Shown here: positions 10,126 through 18,255 of the stretch, piece by piece
Numbering within the stretch: position 1 is the first letter of the stretch
How the letters are laid out: every line of letters begins with the position of its first letter
Assembly (NCBI GenBank): GCA_965214605.1
Contig: OZ243961.1
Location: forward strand, 2,336,001 to 2,400,000
Reading direction: 5' to 3'
DNA from: an uncultured Candidatus Binatia bacterium
GTDB taxonomy: Bacteria; Desulfobacterota; Binatia; Bin18
Length of the DNA: 64,000 nt
The notes under the pieces: model-generated
The model's database searches: none
Told to the model about the DNA's origin: nothing
Seen by the model: the letters and a program-made list of their open reading frames with translations, nothing else
Made by a program: the position numbers and the translations under genes

Positions 10126-10398
10126 GGGTCAGGCACAAGGGACTGCGGGCGCTGCACGAGCGCGACGCCGACGCGCGGCTACTTGCCGGTTTAGTGCCAC
10201 GGCTCCGGCGCATCCTGTTCCGGCTGCACGAGGCGACGCAGCCGCGCGATGCCGCCGTGCCGGGCTTCGGGCTGCACCTTCTGAAGGGCGACCGCGCGGA
10301 CTGGTGGAGCGTCGGCGTCTCCGGCAACTGGCGGTGTGGTGTTCCGCTTCGAAGACGGCGAGGCCGTGGATGTGTAGCCCTGCTCGACTATCACTGGC
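10122..10398 (+). pseudogene. higB: HigB toxin, frameshifted
   Basis: MRVRHKGLRALHE..GFGLHLLKGDRADWWSVGVSGNWR, then VVFRFEDGEAVDV in a shifted frame ending in a stop; LLDYH returns in the first frame. Confidence 0.85.
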
Positions 10399-10416
10399 AG
10401 AAGAGGACCGCTGACC

Positions 10417-10713
10417 ATGAACGACAGAGCGAATGATCGCGTCGGTCCGATGCTGAACCCGCCGCACCTGGGCGAACTCATCCGCGAGAGCATGGACGAG
10501 GTGGGGTGGAACGTGACGGAGACGGCGGCACGGCTTGGCTGCGCACGTGGAACGCTGCCGCGCCTGCTGAACGGCAAGGCGGGGGTGTCGGTGAACATGG
10601 CGCTGGAAGATGTCGGCTGGGGGACCGCCGCTCACTGGATGCGGATGCAGGCGAGCTACGAGCTTGCGCAGGCGCGCCGGGACCAGCATTGTGATTCGGG
10701 ACGCACTAACTGA
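10417..10713 (+). CDS. higA: HigA-family antitoxin (XRE HTH)
   Basis: Close paralogue of 4834..5148 with a 2-aa deletion (MALED vs MALALEA); stop overlaps the next start (TGATG). Confidence 0.85.
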   Translation: MNDRANDRVGPMLNPPHLGELIRESMDEVGWNVTETAARLGCARGTLPRLLNGKAGVSVNMALEDVGWGTAAHWMRMQASYELAQARRDQHCDSGRTN

Positions 10714-11990
10714 TGCGTCTGTCGTGGAACGAGGTCCGTGCTCGGGCCGCCGCCTTCGCCGATACCTGGCGGGACGCGGCCTACGAGAAGGGCGAGACGC
10801 AGAGCTTCTACAACGCCTTCTTCCGGGTGTTCGGAGTGCAGCGGCGGAGCGTCGCGCGGTACGAGGTGCGTGTCGCGAAGCTCGACAACCGTTCGGGCTT
10901 CATCGACCTATTCTGGCCGGGCGTGCTGCTCGTCGAGCAGAAGAGCGTCGGGCGCGACCTGAAGGCGGCCTATGCACAGGCCAGGGCGTATTGCGACGCG
11001 CTGCCCGAGCGCGAGCGCCCGCGCTTCATCCTGGTGAGCGACTTCCAGACCTTCGAGCTGCACGATCTGGACGAGCGGGAGGTGGTGACCTTTCCGCTCG
11101 CGGCCCTGCCTACGCATGTGGAGGCGTTCGGCTTCATCCTCGGCGTGCAGCGCCGGACGTTCCGGGACCAGGATCCGGCGAACGTCGAGGCCGCGGAGCT
11201 GGTCGGGCGGCTGCACGACGCGCTCGCCGCTGCCGGACACCGGGGGCATGATCTGGAACGCTTCCTCGCCGGTTCTCCGCCCCTATGGCGGTGCTCGCGA
11301 GTATCTTCAAGGCGGCGAGCGCTGGATTCTGGCCTTGCAGGACGCATCGCCGACGGTGTTGAAGTCTCTTCCTCGCGGGCGGGAGTGCCTGACCGCGGTT
11401 CGCCTTGTTCGGGCGAAGAGCAAGCGGAAGAGCACGTTGGCGATTGCCGATTACCCGACGCGGTACAATGTGGAATCCCCCCCGCGCCGTTTCTGGTCAT
11501 CCCGGAAGTGAGTTCGGAGCGGCGGGAGTATGTACCGATTGGTTGGCTGGAGCCGCCGATCATTCCGAGCAACCTCGTGAGGATTCTGGAGCACGCGACC
11601 TTGGCGGATTTTGGGCTGCTGACCTCGGCGATGCACATGGCGTGGCTGCGGCATATCGGTGGGTAGCTGGAAAGCCGCTACCGCTATTCCATCGGCCTCG
11701 TCTACAACACCTTCCCGCTGCCGCCCAAAGGTGCGGACCTGTCGAGACTAGAACCGCTCGCCCAAGCCGTGCTAGATGCCCGCGCCGCCCACCCGGATGC
11801 GACGCTCGCCGATCTCTACGACCTGGACCTGATGCCGCCGAACCTGCGCCGGGCGCATCAGGCGCTTGACCGCGCGGTGGACCGGCTCTACCGGCGCACG
11901 GGCTTCGCCTCCGAACGCGAGCGGGTCGAGCACTTGTTCCTGCGGTATGAGAAGATGCGACGCCTCTTGCGACGACGCGGCAGGCCAAGC
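10713..11990 (+). pseudogene. MmeI-like (Type IIL) R-M enzyme with MTase core deleted
   Basis: N-terminal GFIDLFWPGVLLVEQKS..ILVSDF; jump near 11270 into the TRD (IPEVSSERREYVPIG, AMHMAWLRHIGG*LESRYRYS..YNTFP) and C-terminus (LADLYD..AHQALDRAVDRLY); no NPPF/Y motif; frameshifts and a stop. Confidence 0.9.
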
Positions 11991-12239
11991 CGAAACGCCG
12001 AAAGCGATCCTCCCGGTAATCTGCTTATTGGTATGATACCTCCGCAAATCAGCAATGCTCCAAATGGGAGGAGGGCATCTGTTCACTGGCAACAAGCGAG
12101 TTTGATGAAACCATGCAGAAACAACGGAAAAAGCGATTTGCGGACCGCTCACTTGAACTCTTCGATCTGCTTCAGCGCTTTGAGGCGGAGGCATCTTCTG
12201 AACCCAGCCACACGGCGCTTGGCGCGATCAAGAGATTGA

Positions 12240-12495
12240 GGGCAGGGCCGCGTCGTCGAGCGTGCCTACACGCCGGAGGAACGCGAAGCCCTTGGCGACA
12301 CCCTGTCCGCGCTTGGCGAGACGACATTCGACGTTTATGAATGGCCGCGCCTTCCGGCGGAATGTTCCCGCCGCCGTCTGGACCTACAAGCTCGGCGGTT
12401 ATCAGATGCTCAAGAAATGGCTCTCTTACCGTGAACGCGATATCCTCGGGCGCACGCTCTTACCCGACGGTATTTCACCGATACCGCACGGCGTA
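12240..12495 (+). pseudogene. Second orphan copy of the 3' end of the Type ISP-like R-M gene
   Basis: GQGRVVERAYTPEER..ETTFDVY/NGRAFRRNVPAAVWTYKLGGYQMLKKWLSYRERDIL; shares the identical stretch tgttcccgccgccgtctggacctacaagctcggcgg with the intact gene (inverted). Confidence 0.9.
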
Positions 12496-12530
12496 TTGCA
12501 GCAATGTCGATAGAGGCTATGCCGAACGTC

Positions 12531-13787
12531 TCATGATCGACGCGACCAACCCGGAAACACCAGTGTCGAGGGGAGCGCTATTCGATCCGTTGAACTCAAC
12601 TGCTTTAGCCTACGCGAGCGCGCTTTTCCTTCGGGATTCAGAATCTCAAACTCCCCCTCCCCGACGAGTTGCAATACAATTCGGTCAAGATCTGAAAAGC
12701 AAGCAGCCGTTCGATTCGCAAGCATGTGCCGCAAGACATCCACGGTAACCGGTTGTTCGGACGCCAGCCCGAAAAGCTCTCTTGGAAGTGACTTCAAGAG
12801 TTGGCTTCTCATCTGCTCTGCGTCCCCTTCTTGAAATTGAAATAACTGAAGCGTTTCGGAGTCCCTCAACACGTCCCAGCCCAACATGTCGAAATCTCCA
12901 GGGCCATAATGTTCGAACGTGTTTTGAATAGCCCAATGCCGCTGAACCATTACATCGCGCGCGGTTGGGTGCCTTGACAGATGAAGAAACCATAAGGCGC
13001 GGCGCGATTGCTCCGGACGAATGAAAAATGGTGTGTCGTAAACTGCCCCGGTGAAAATGCGTACATGTTCGCGCAATGCTCTCTGAACGAGAGGTCTTCC
13101 GCCATACCCGTCCCTATGCTGGATTAGCTCACGTATCTGAGTGTCGGTCAGCTGGATCGGGGAGACCGCTTTGGCCATTTGCGGCGTCTCCGACAGAAGG
13201 TTGACGAGAGTATCTGCGGCAAACGTCAATATGACTTCGGCCGCGGGCAATTCATTAAAAATACGAGAGACGAGCGCCAGTTTAACTTGAGAAAAACCAG
13301 TTTGGTCGAGTAGGAAAATTGCTCGTCCAGCACGAGGCTGACGTCGTCGAATTGAAATGAGAATATCTTCTATCTCATCTTTGAAAAGACCATTTCGGAC
13401 AACAATTCTATCGTCATCGACTTTGTGGCCACGCTCCGCTAAAACCTTCCGAAGATGATCCGTGTGAGCTTCTTCCTTGTCAACGAAATAGAACTTGCAG
13501 TCAATGTGTAGCCGCTTGACACGCTTTCGGTTTAGCCTGTTCTTCGCTTTCTCTGTTTCCTCCAGCATAATCAATGGCGTGCCGGAAAGAACGGAATTTT
13601 CGTCGAGAAACGTCCCCCCTCCGGCGAAACCATCTATGAGGTCAAGTTTGAATTCCTCACGCCGTGGATCGACATTCAACCTGTCGAAATACGCTCTCAG
13701 ATAACTACGCAGTACGTTCAGCTTTGCTTTGCTGTGAGCTTCGATGGACGGTGGAGCCTCGTTAGGATGCCAATTGAAGACGGCCAT
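12531..13787 (-). CDS. tcmP: Three-Cys-motif partner protein (TcmP-like, SAM-MTase-like fold)
   Basis: HSKAKLNVLRSYLRAY, IDGFAGGG, GTPL, FLLDQTG, EVILTF; overlaps the 3' end of the DUF5131 gene; start MAVFNW at 13787. Confidence 0.85.
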   Translation of the reverse strand: MAVFNWHPNEAPPSIEAHSKAKLNVLRSYLRAYFDRLNVDPRREEFKLDLIDGFAGGGTFLDENSVLSGTPLIMLEETEKAKNRLNRKRVKRLHIDCKFYFVDKEEAHTDHLRKVLAERGHKVDDDRIVVRNGLFKDEIEDILISIRRRQPRAGRAIFLLDQTGFSQVKLALVSRIFNELPAAEVILTFAADTLVNLLSETPQMAKAVSPIQLTDTQIRELIQHRDGYGGRPLVQRALREHVRIFTGAVYDTPFFIRPEQSRRALWFLHLSRHPTARDVMVQRHWAIQNTFEHYGPGDFDMLGWDVLRDSETLQLFQFQEGDAEQMRSQLLKSLPRELFGLASEQPVTVDVLRHMLANRTAACFSDLDRIVLQLVGEGEFEILNPEGKARSRRLKQLSSTDRIALPSTLVFPGWSRRS

Positions 13788-14526
13788 GATCGCTTGTTCC
13801 CGTTGGGTGGTGTGGCATCGCGTTGTGCTCGATTCCCTCAAATAAACGTCCGCCCGCCTTCGGAGTCGGCCCGCCCCACTGCTTGAAAAAGAACGGCACT
13901 CCGGCTCGGGCACAGCGGTCCCGGATGTCACGGACCCACTCGGGCCGCATGGGCCGGGCCCGTGGGCCGCTCTCACCGCCAACGATGACCCACGAAATAC
14001 CTTCCAGACCGATGTTTCCTACAGGACCGAGAAGCGGCTCAATTGATAGGAAGCGCACAGCGGCCGGGGCCGTCCGAAGATGTCGGATTCTGGCGCTTGC
14101 CTTGTGATCCTCCACCGACACGCCGCACCAAATATGGTTAGGTGCCATTTTACCGGGATACCGGTGGCGCAGGTAATCCCTCATCAGTGAGCTGCGCTTC
14201 GTCAGAACCTGATAGACGTGCCTGTCCACCGTTTCCATAGTCTCGAACACTTCGTCAACAAACCGACGGTCCACTCCCTTGTGAAACAGATCGCTCATCG
14301 AATTGACGAAAATCATGCGCGGCTTGCGCCATCGGGCAGGTTGATTCAGACGCGATGGCCACAAGCGAAGGTCGAAGCCCTGCTCGTAAGGATGTCCCGC
14401 AACACCGCGCCATCGCTCCGCAAAGCGCTCCGCATAGCAATTATCGCAACCGCGCGTGATCTTTGTGCAGCCGGTCACGGGATTCCAGGTTGCGTCGGTC
14501 CATTCAATGGCTGATTTGTTGGCCAT
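13762..14526 (-). CDS. DUF5131 / phage Gp37Gp68 family protein (three-Cys motif, radical-SAM-like)
   Basis: SAIEWTDATWNPVTGCTKITRGCDNCYA, FVNSMSDLFH, LTKR, FLSIEPLLG, WVIVGGESG, PFFFKQWGG. Confidence 0.95.
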   Translation of the reverse strand: MANKSAIEWTDATWNPVTGCTKITRGCDNCYAERFAERWRGVAGHPYEQGFDLRLWPSRLNQPARWRKPRMIFVNSMSDLFHKGVDRRFVDEVFETMETVDRHVYQVLTKRSSLMRDYLRHRYPGKMAPNHIWCGVSVEDHKASARIRHLRTAPAAVRFLSIEPLLGPVGNIGLEGISWVIVGGESGPRARPMRPEWVRDIRDRCARAGVPFFFKQWGGPTPKAGGRLFEGIEHNAMPHHPTGTSDHGRLQLAS

Positions 14527-14569
14527 GCGATCTGCCCGCCGGGTGGTCCTTGCCGTTACGTCAAGTTGT

Positions 14570-14735
14570 CTATAGCACTACCAACATCGCTCCAGCAATG
14601 ATGCCCCCGACCTGCTCCGCCGCTTCGACGAGGGGCGCGTCGGCAAGATGGGCGTAACCCGCCAGCGTGCGATGGTGTCGATGACCGAGCAGCTTGCCTA
14701 CCAGGGGCAGGTTCTCACCGGACATGACCGCACGG
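14570..14735 (-). pseudogene. C-terminal fragment of a tyrosine recombinase, same type as 1..1040
   Basis: AVMSGENLPLVGKLLGHRHHRTLAGYAHLADAPLVEAAEQVGGIIA aligns with AVMSGEKLLGQRRHQIAAGYTHLADKHLVETAERVESIIA. Confidence 0.88.
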
Positions 14736-15039
14736 CATCGAACACAAGAAACCGCCGGCTGACAACCTCCGCGGGAATCCCGCGTACGGGTATTGAGCTG
14801 CCCCCCACGAGGCCGGGCAAGTGGCGTTTTGAGATTGAGAACCGGCTGGTCTTCGAACTTGCGGAAGACGAGTCGGCGAACCGCATTTAGCGCGTCAAGA
14901 GCTGTTCGCACCAGGGATCGAACTTGCCGATACGGAGTCAGAGTTTACGATGCCTCCTGCGGCGGTGACTGCAGCGGATTTCCAGCAGATCCTATGAGGA
15001 CATCGGAACGTCGGGTCGTTGCAAGTCTACAGCTCTCGC

Positions 15040-15309
15040 ATCCGCTCTCGCGCAACGTTTGGCTCAACCCGCCGGAATGGGTGGACTAGATCGACGAGCC
15101 GGTTCCCGATTATCCCAAGCGCCCGGCCACCCGCGACGAGACGGCGGGGGAACTCAAGAAGCGCTCGCTCACCAACCTCTGCCACGCCCGCCCGCAACGG
15201 CTCGCCGACACGCGACAGCGCGGTCTCGGCGGCTTATGGGTGGGATGCAGGGATTCCCCAAGAGGATGCTCTGCGGGAACTCCTGGCGCTCAATGGGAGT
15301 CAACCGTAG
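15040..15309 (+). pseudogene. C-terminal fragment of another single-chain (MmeI-related) R-M enzyme
   Basis: RNVWLNPPEWVD*IDEPVPDYPKR..ELKKRSLTNL..RP../DSAVSAAYGW..LRELLALN. Confidence 0.75.
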
Positions 15310-15799
15310 CTCCACGAGCGTCGCGACGGTCCTGCAGGTGCCTGAAGTTGATTGCGGACTGTGGATCCTTGCCAACGGCAGCAAGGTACAACTCCAGATC
15401 GACGGTGACCAATGGCGTCTCTGCGGAAATAGCTTCCAGCAGTGCGGCATCTGTCAACCCAAGTCGAACGAACGTGCGATTGCGAGAAGCGTCTGTACCG
15501 GTAATGTCGATCTCTTCGCTTTTCTCGATGAATTGACGGAACAAGCAGAAAAACTGAGAACGCTCCGGCTCTCCATGTTGAGCAAGCAGATTGGACGCTT
15601 CGGCAAGCGTGTGCGGCGTTACGAGCACACGATCAACTGGGCCGATCAGATTGACTAAGAGATCGTCCTCTTCGAATGTTCGCAATCGGCGATGCTTGGC
15701 AATCAACTTCCGTCCAGTTACACCGACAACGAGCAACACCAAGAGGTTCGTGTCTATGAACAGTCCGGTCCGTCGCACAAGCCTACGCCGGGTCGGCAA
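15290..15799 (-). CDS. PIN-domain protein
   Basis: FIDTNLLVLL, TPHTLAEASNL, LGLTDAALL, LVTVDLEL; start uncertain. Confidence 0.85.
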   Translation of the reverse strand: MPTRRRLVRRTGLFIDTNLLVLLVVGVTGRKLIAKHRRLRTFEEDDLLVNLIGPVDRVLVTPHTLAEASNLLAQHGEPERSQFFCLFRQFIEKSEEIDITGTDASRNRTFVRLGLTDAALLEAISAETPLVTVDLELYLAAVGKDPQSAINFRHLQDRRDARGATVDSH

Positions 15800-16073
15800 G
15801 AACTCGATCCGTTATTGATAGAATCTGGCCGTCACAGTCTTTAATGCGGACGATCTTGAAGGAACGCCTCCCGTGGACCGGCAGGCCCCCTAACGATGTC
15901 TCAAAGGCGTTTCCCGGCCGCTCCCAGGGCCTAAAGAAGCCGACGGTCACTTTCCACGTCTTCGATCCTTCATCGAAATCGATTTCCTCAAGGCCGATAT
16001 GAGTGATCTCCTCCTCGGCGAAAACGTCGGCAAGATAGTCCTTGGCCATACGGGCCGCTTTCTTTACGTCCAT
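15783..16073 (-). CDS. Small hypothetical protein upstream of PIN gene (possible antitoxin/partner)
   Basis: MDVKKAARMAKDYL..IGLEEIDFD..WKVTVGF..RSFKIVRI; GGAG RBS; overlaps the PIN ORF. Confidence 0.7.
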   Translation of the reverse strand: MDVKKAARMAKDYLADVFAEEEITHIGLEEIDFDEGSKTWKVTVGFFRPWERPGNAFETSLGGLPVHGRRSFKIVRIKDCDGQILSITDRVLADPA

Positions 16074-16168
16074 ATCTTTCTCCGTTGCACGACGGATTGA
16101 TGTCGCGGATGGCGGACCGTTGCAAGTCTAATCCCGGGCCTCGGCTAATTCGACGAACTCCTGTTGTC

Positions 16169-16480
16169 CTACGCTTGGTCGAGTTCTTTGCGCACTTCAA
16201 TGCTGTTCGATTGATCGAGGGAAGGAACGCCCATCCAAGCGGCGAAGCCTGTGGCGTCATGTTGAGGATGCTCTCGCAGAAAAGCGGTGGCGTCCGCTGC
16301 CAGGTCATAGTACGCCGCCACGTCATCGACAGTCGCCGGGTAAGCATACACCCCTCCGCTACATCTAAGTCGTACTCCAGGCAGCTTCCCGCGACGAATT
16401 GCTGCTCGGATCGCGCCAGTGGTCACGTCCATCACTTTAGCAAATTCACTGGCGGGCAGCCCCTTGCGCCGCGCAATCAT
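16169..16480 (-). CDS. Hypothetical HTH protein, excisionase/AlpA-like N-terminus
   Basis: LPASEFAKVMDVTTGAIRAAIRRGKLPGVR resembles a winged HTH. Confidence 0.5.
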   Translation of the reverse strand: MIARRKGLPASEFAKVMDVTTGAIRAAIRRGKLPGVRLRCSGGVYAYPATVDDVAAYYDLAADATAFLREHPQHDATGFAAWMGVPSLDQSNSIEVRKELDQA

Positions 16481-17217
16481 CCAAGCGTGCCGTTCGGGTT
16501 CATCGGCAATCTTCGGAACGTTTATATTCTGTCCTTACATTAGTTCATGAGCAGACATACGTACGATAGCACACATGTGGATTTGATGGTGAACCCCACG
16601 CAACGTAACACCGCGGCCATGCAGAGCGTGACCTTTGGCGCCTGAGATGGGAGTCATATAGGCTTCCGTACCGATGACCTAACCTCGACGGGTGGTTCGC
16701 CCACTCACGACAATGTCGCTCCCGTACCCGTCCAGCCACAAGGAAGCCGCCATCGCTCCGGACGGCTCCCTACTGCCGCTGAGAGCCTCCCCCCAGTTGA
16801 AGATCATGACAAGCCGTTAGGCGTATCGCTGCAGCTCCGCGCCATTTCTATGGCGCTATGACCTCCTCTACTCAGATACCAGCCAACGCGACCCTGGCCT
16901 AGTTTTCCTCGGATACATACTGAATCAAGTAGCGCCGGTACGCCAGCGCCTAGCCTTGGCGCACCAACCAACCGATCAGGTCCGGGCCGTTTTGTCCTTG
17001 TAGATACTGAGCGTCGAGCAAACCGCTCCGGGTAAGCAGATGTTGGCAGAAGAAGGGTGGGCAGATTACCTATGGTGAGTAAAGGTTCGCGGTGGTACAC
17101 GTGATATAAAATGAGACAGGCTGAGTTGGGCGCAGAAGCCGGACGTCTCAGGATCGCCTTCTGGAGTAAGAGCCGGGACGGCAGGCTGCGTTCGTGAATT
17201 TATGCCTTGGAGGACTT

Positions 17218-18201
17218 ATGTTGCGAGGCAAAAAGAACAATGAGCGTCCACGCGTGTCAACGTATATCGCAGTTGGGGTTGTCGGCAGCCTCCTGTGGCT
17301 CTCAAGCGCTGTAGCCGCACCGCCACGCTTGGAAATCGATTATCCCCTCGACGGGACGCACGTCTCAGGGCTGTTCAATATCCTGGGCTGGGCAGTCGGC
17401 ATCACGGCTCCGATTGACTACGTTGAGGTGTCTTTTAATGGGGAAAGAACCGTTCCCGTCGGTTACGGCGGCGAGCGCAGGGATGTTGGCCTGGCATTTC
17501 CCGACATCCCCGACGCTGACCTCTCTGGATATGCGCTCGGCTTTAACGCGCGGATGCTGACAAACGGGATCCACCAGCTGACGGCCAGAGCGGTGGATAT
17601 GAACGGGGAGGCCGCAAGCCGGAGCATCCGTTTTCTGGTATCCAACGCGCCGGGCGAGGAAAACCCCCGCAAGGTCGAGTTCGATTTGAGGAGCGCACTT
17701 CTTGAGCCCGTAGGCAAGACCGAGATCTTGGCACAAAATATAGAAGTCGCCGGGCAACTCGTGACGAGCGTTCTTAAATATGATCAATCTTCCAGTCAAC
17801 TCGTGGCAATTTCTTTTGTAGCCGACCAGGACATCAATGGCATACGGGACGATGATAAGGATTCCGACGGGTTTGCTGATAACGACGCCGACCGGGATGG
17901 CTTTCCTGACGACGACCTCAACAGGAATGCTCTGAGTGACAGTCTCGAAAACATCAACAACAACACGAACGTGAACAACAACACAAACAGCAACGGCACA
18001 AATAGCAACACGAACACGAACGGCAACAGCAACGACAACACAAACAGCAACGACAACACAAACAGCAACGACAACACAAACAGCAACGACAACACAAACA
18101 GCAACGACAACGCGAACAACAACACGAACGTGAACAACAACACAAACAGCAACAGCAACGGCAACACGAATACCGACGATGACGACGATGATGACGATTG
18201 A
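17218..18201 (+). CDS. Secreted protein: signal peptide, Ig-like domain, DxDxDG Ca-binding-like repeats, Asn-rich tail, terminal poly-Asp
   Basis: GGAGG RBS and ATG 17218; hydrophobic leader ending AVA; IDYP..GWA..YGGERRDV..SGY..NGIHQLTARAVD; DKDSDG, DADRDG; (NSNDNT)n; D8. Confidence 0.85.
   Translation: MLRGKKNNERPRVSTYIAVGVVGSLLWLSSAVAAPPRLEIDYPLDGTHVSGLFNILGWAVGITAPIDYVEVSFNGERTVPVGYGGERRDVGLAFPDIPDADLSGYALGFNARMLTNGIHQLTARAVDMNGEAASRSIRFLVSNAPGEENPRKVEFDLRSALLEPVGKTEILAQNIEVAGQLVTSVLKYDQSSSQLVAISFVADQDINGIRDDDKDSDGFADNDADRDGFPDDDLNRNALSDSLENINNNTNVNNNTNSNGTNSNTNTNGNSNDNTNSNDNTNSNDNTNSNDNTNSNDNANNNTNVNNNTNSNSNGNTNTDDDDDDDD
18025..18114 (+). repeat. 18-bp coding tandem repeat aacagcaacgacaacaca (4 perfect + 1 variant), flanked by a 39-bp direct duplication (17956-17994, 18115-18153)
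   Basis: Read directly from sequence. Confidence 0.95.
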
Positions 18202-18255
18202 GGAAGTATGGTCTCCGTCGTATGAGGAGCTAAGTGGGGAGGTCTCTTTCCCTGG

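Larger units (their letters stand above)
1..16550. mobile_element. Decaying defence/genomic island built from integrase and R-M remnants plus cargo genes; left edge beyond window
   Basis: Four integrase C-terminal remnants, R-M genes and fragments, TA modules, and lower-GC cargo alternating with high-GC backbone; right boundary approximate. Confidence 0.75.

Noticed and set aside
1-16550. Island as an integron or prophage
   Set aside because: No attC-like palindromes or IntI-type integrase seen; no phage structural or replication genes
18025-18114. Tandem repeat as a CRISPR array
   Set aside because: No spacers; in-frame coding VNTR
17796-18167. Antisense ORFs rich in Leu/Phe/Val or poly-Cys
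   Set aside because: Reverse-strand shadows of the Asn-codon repeat
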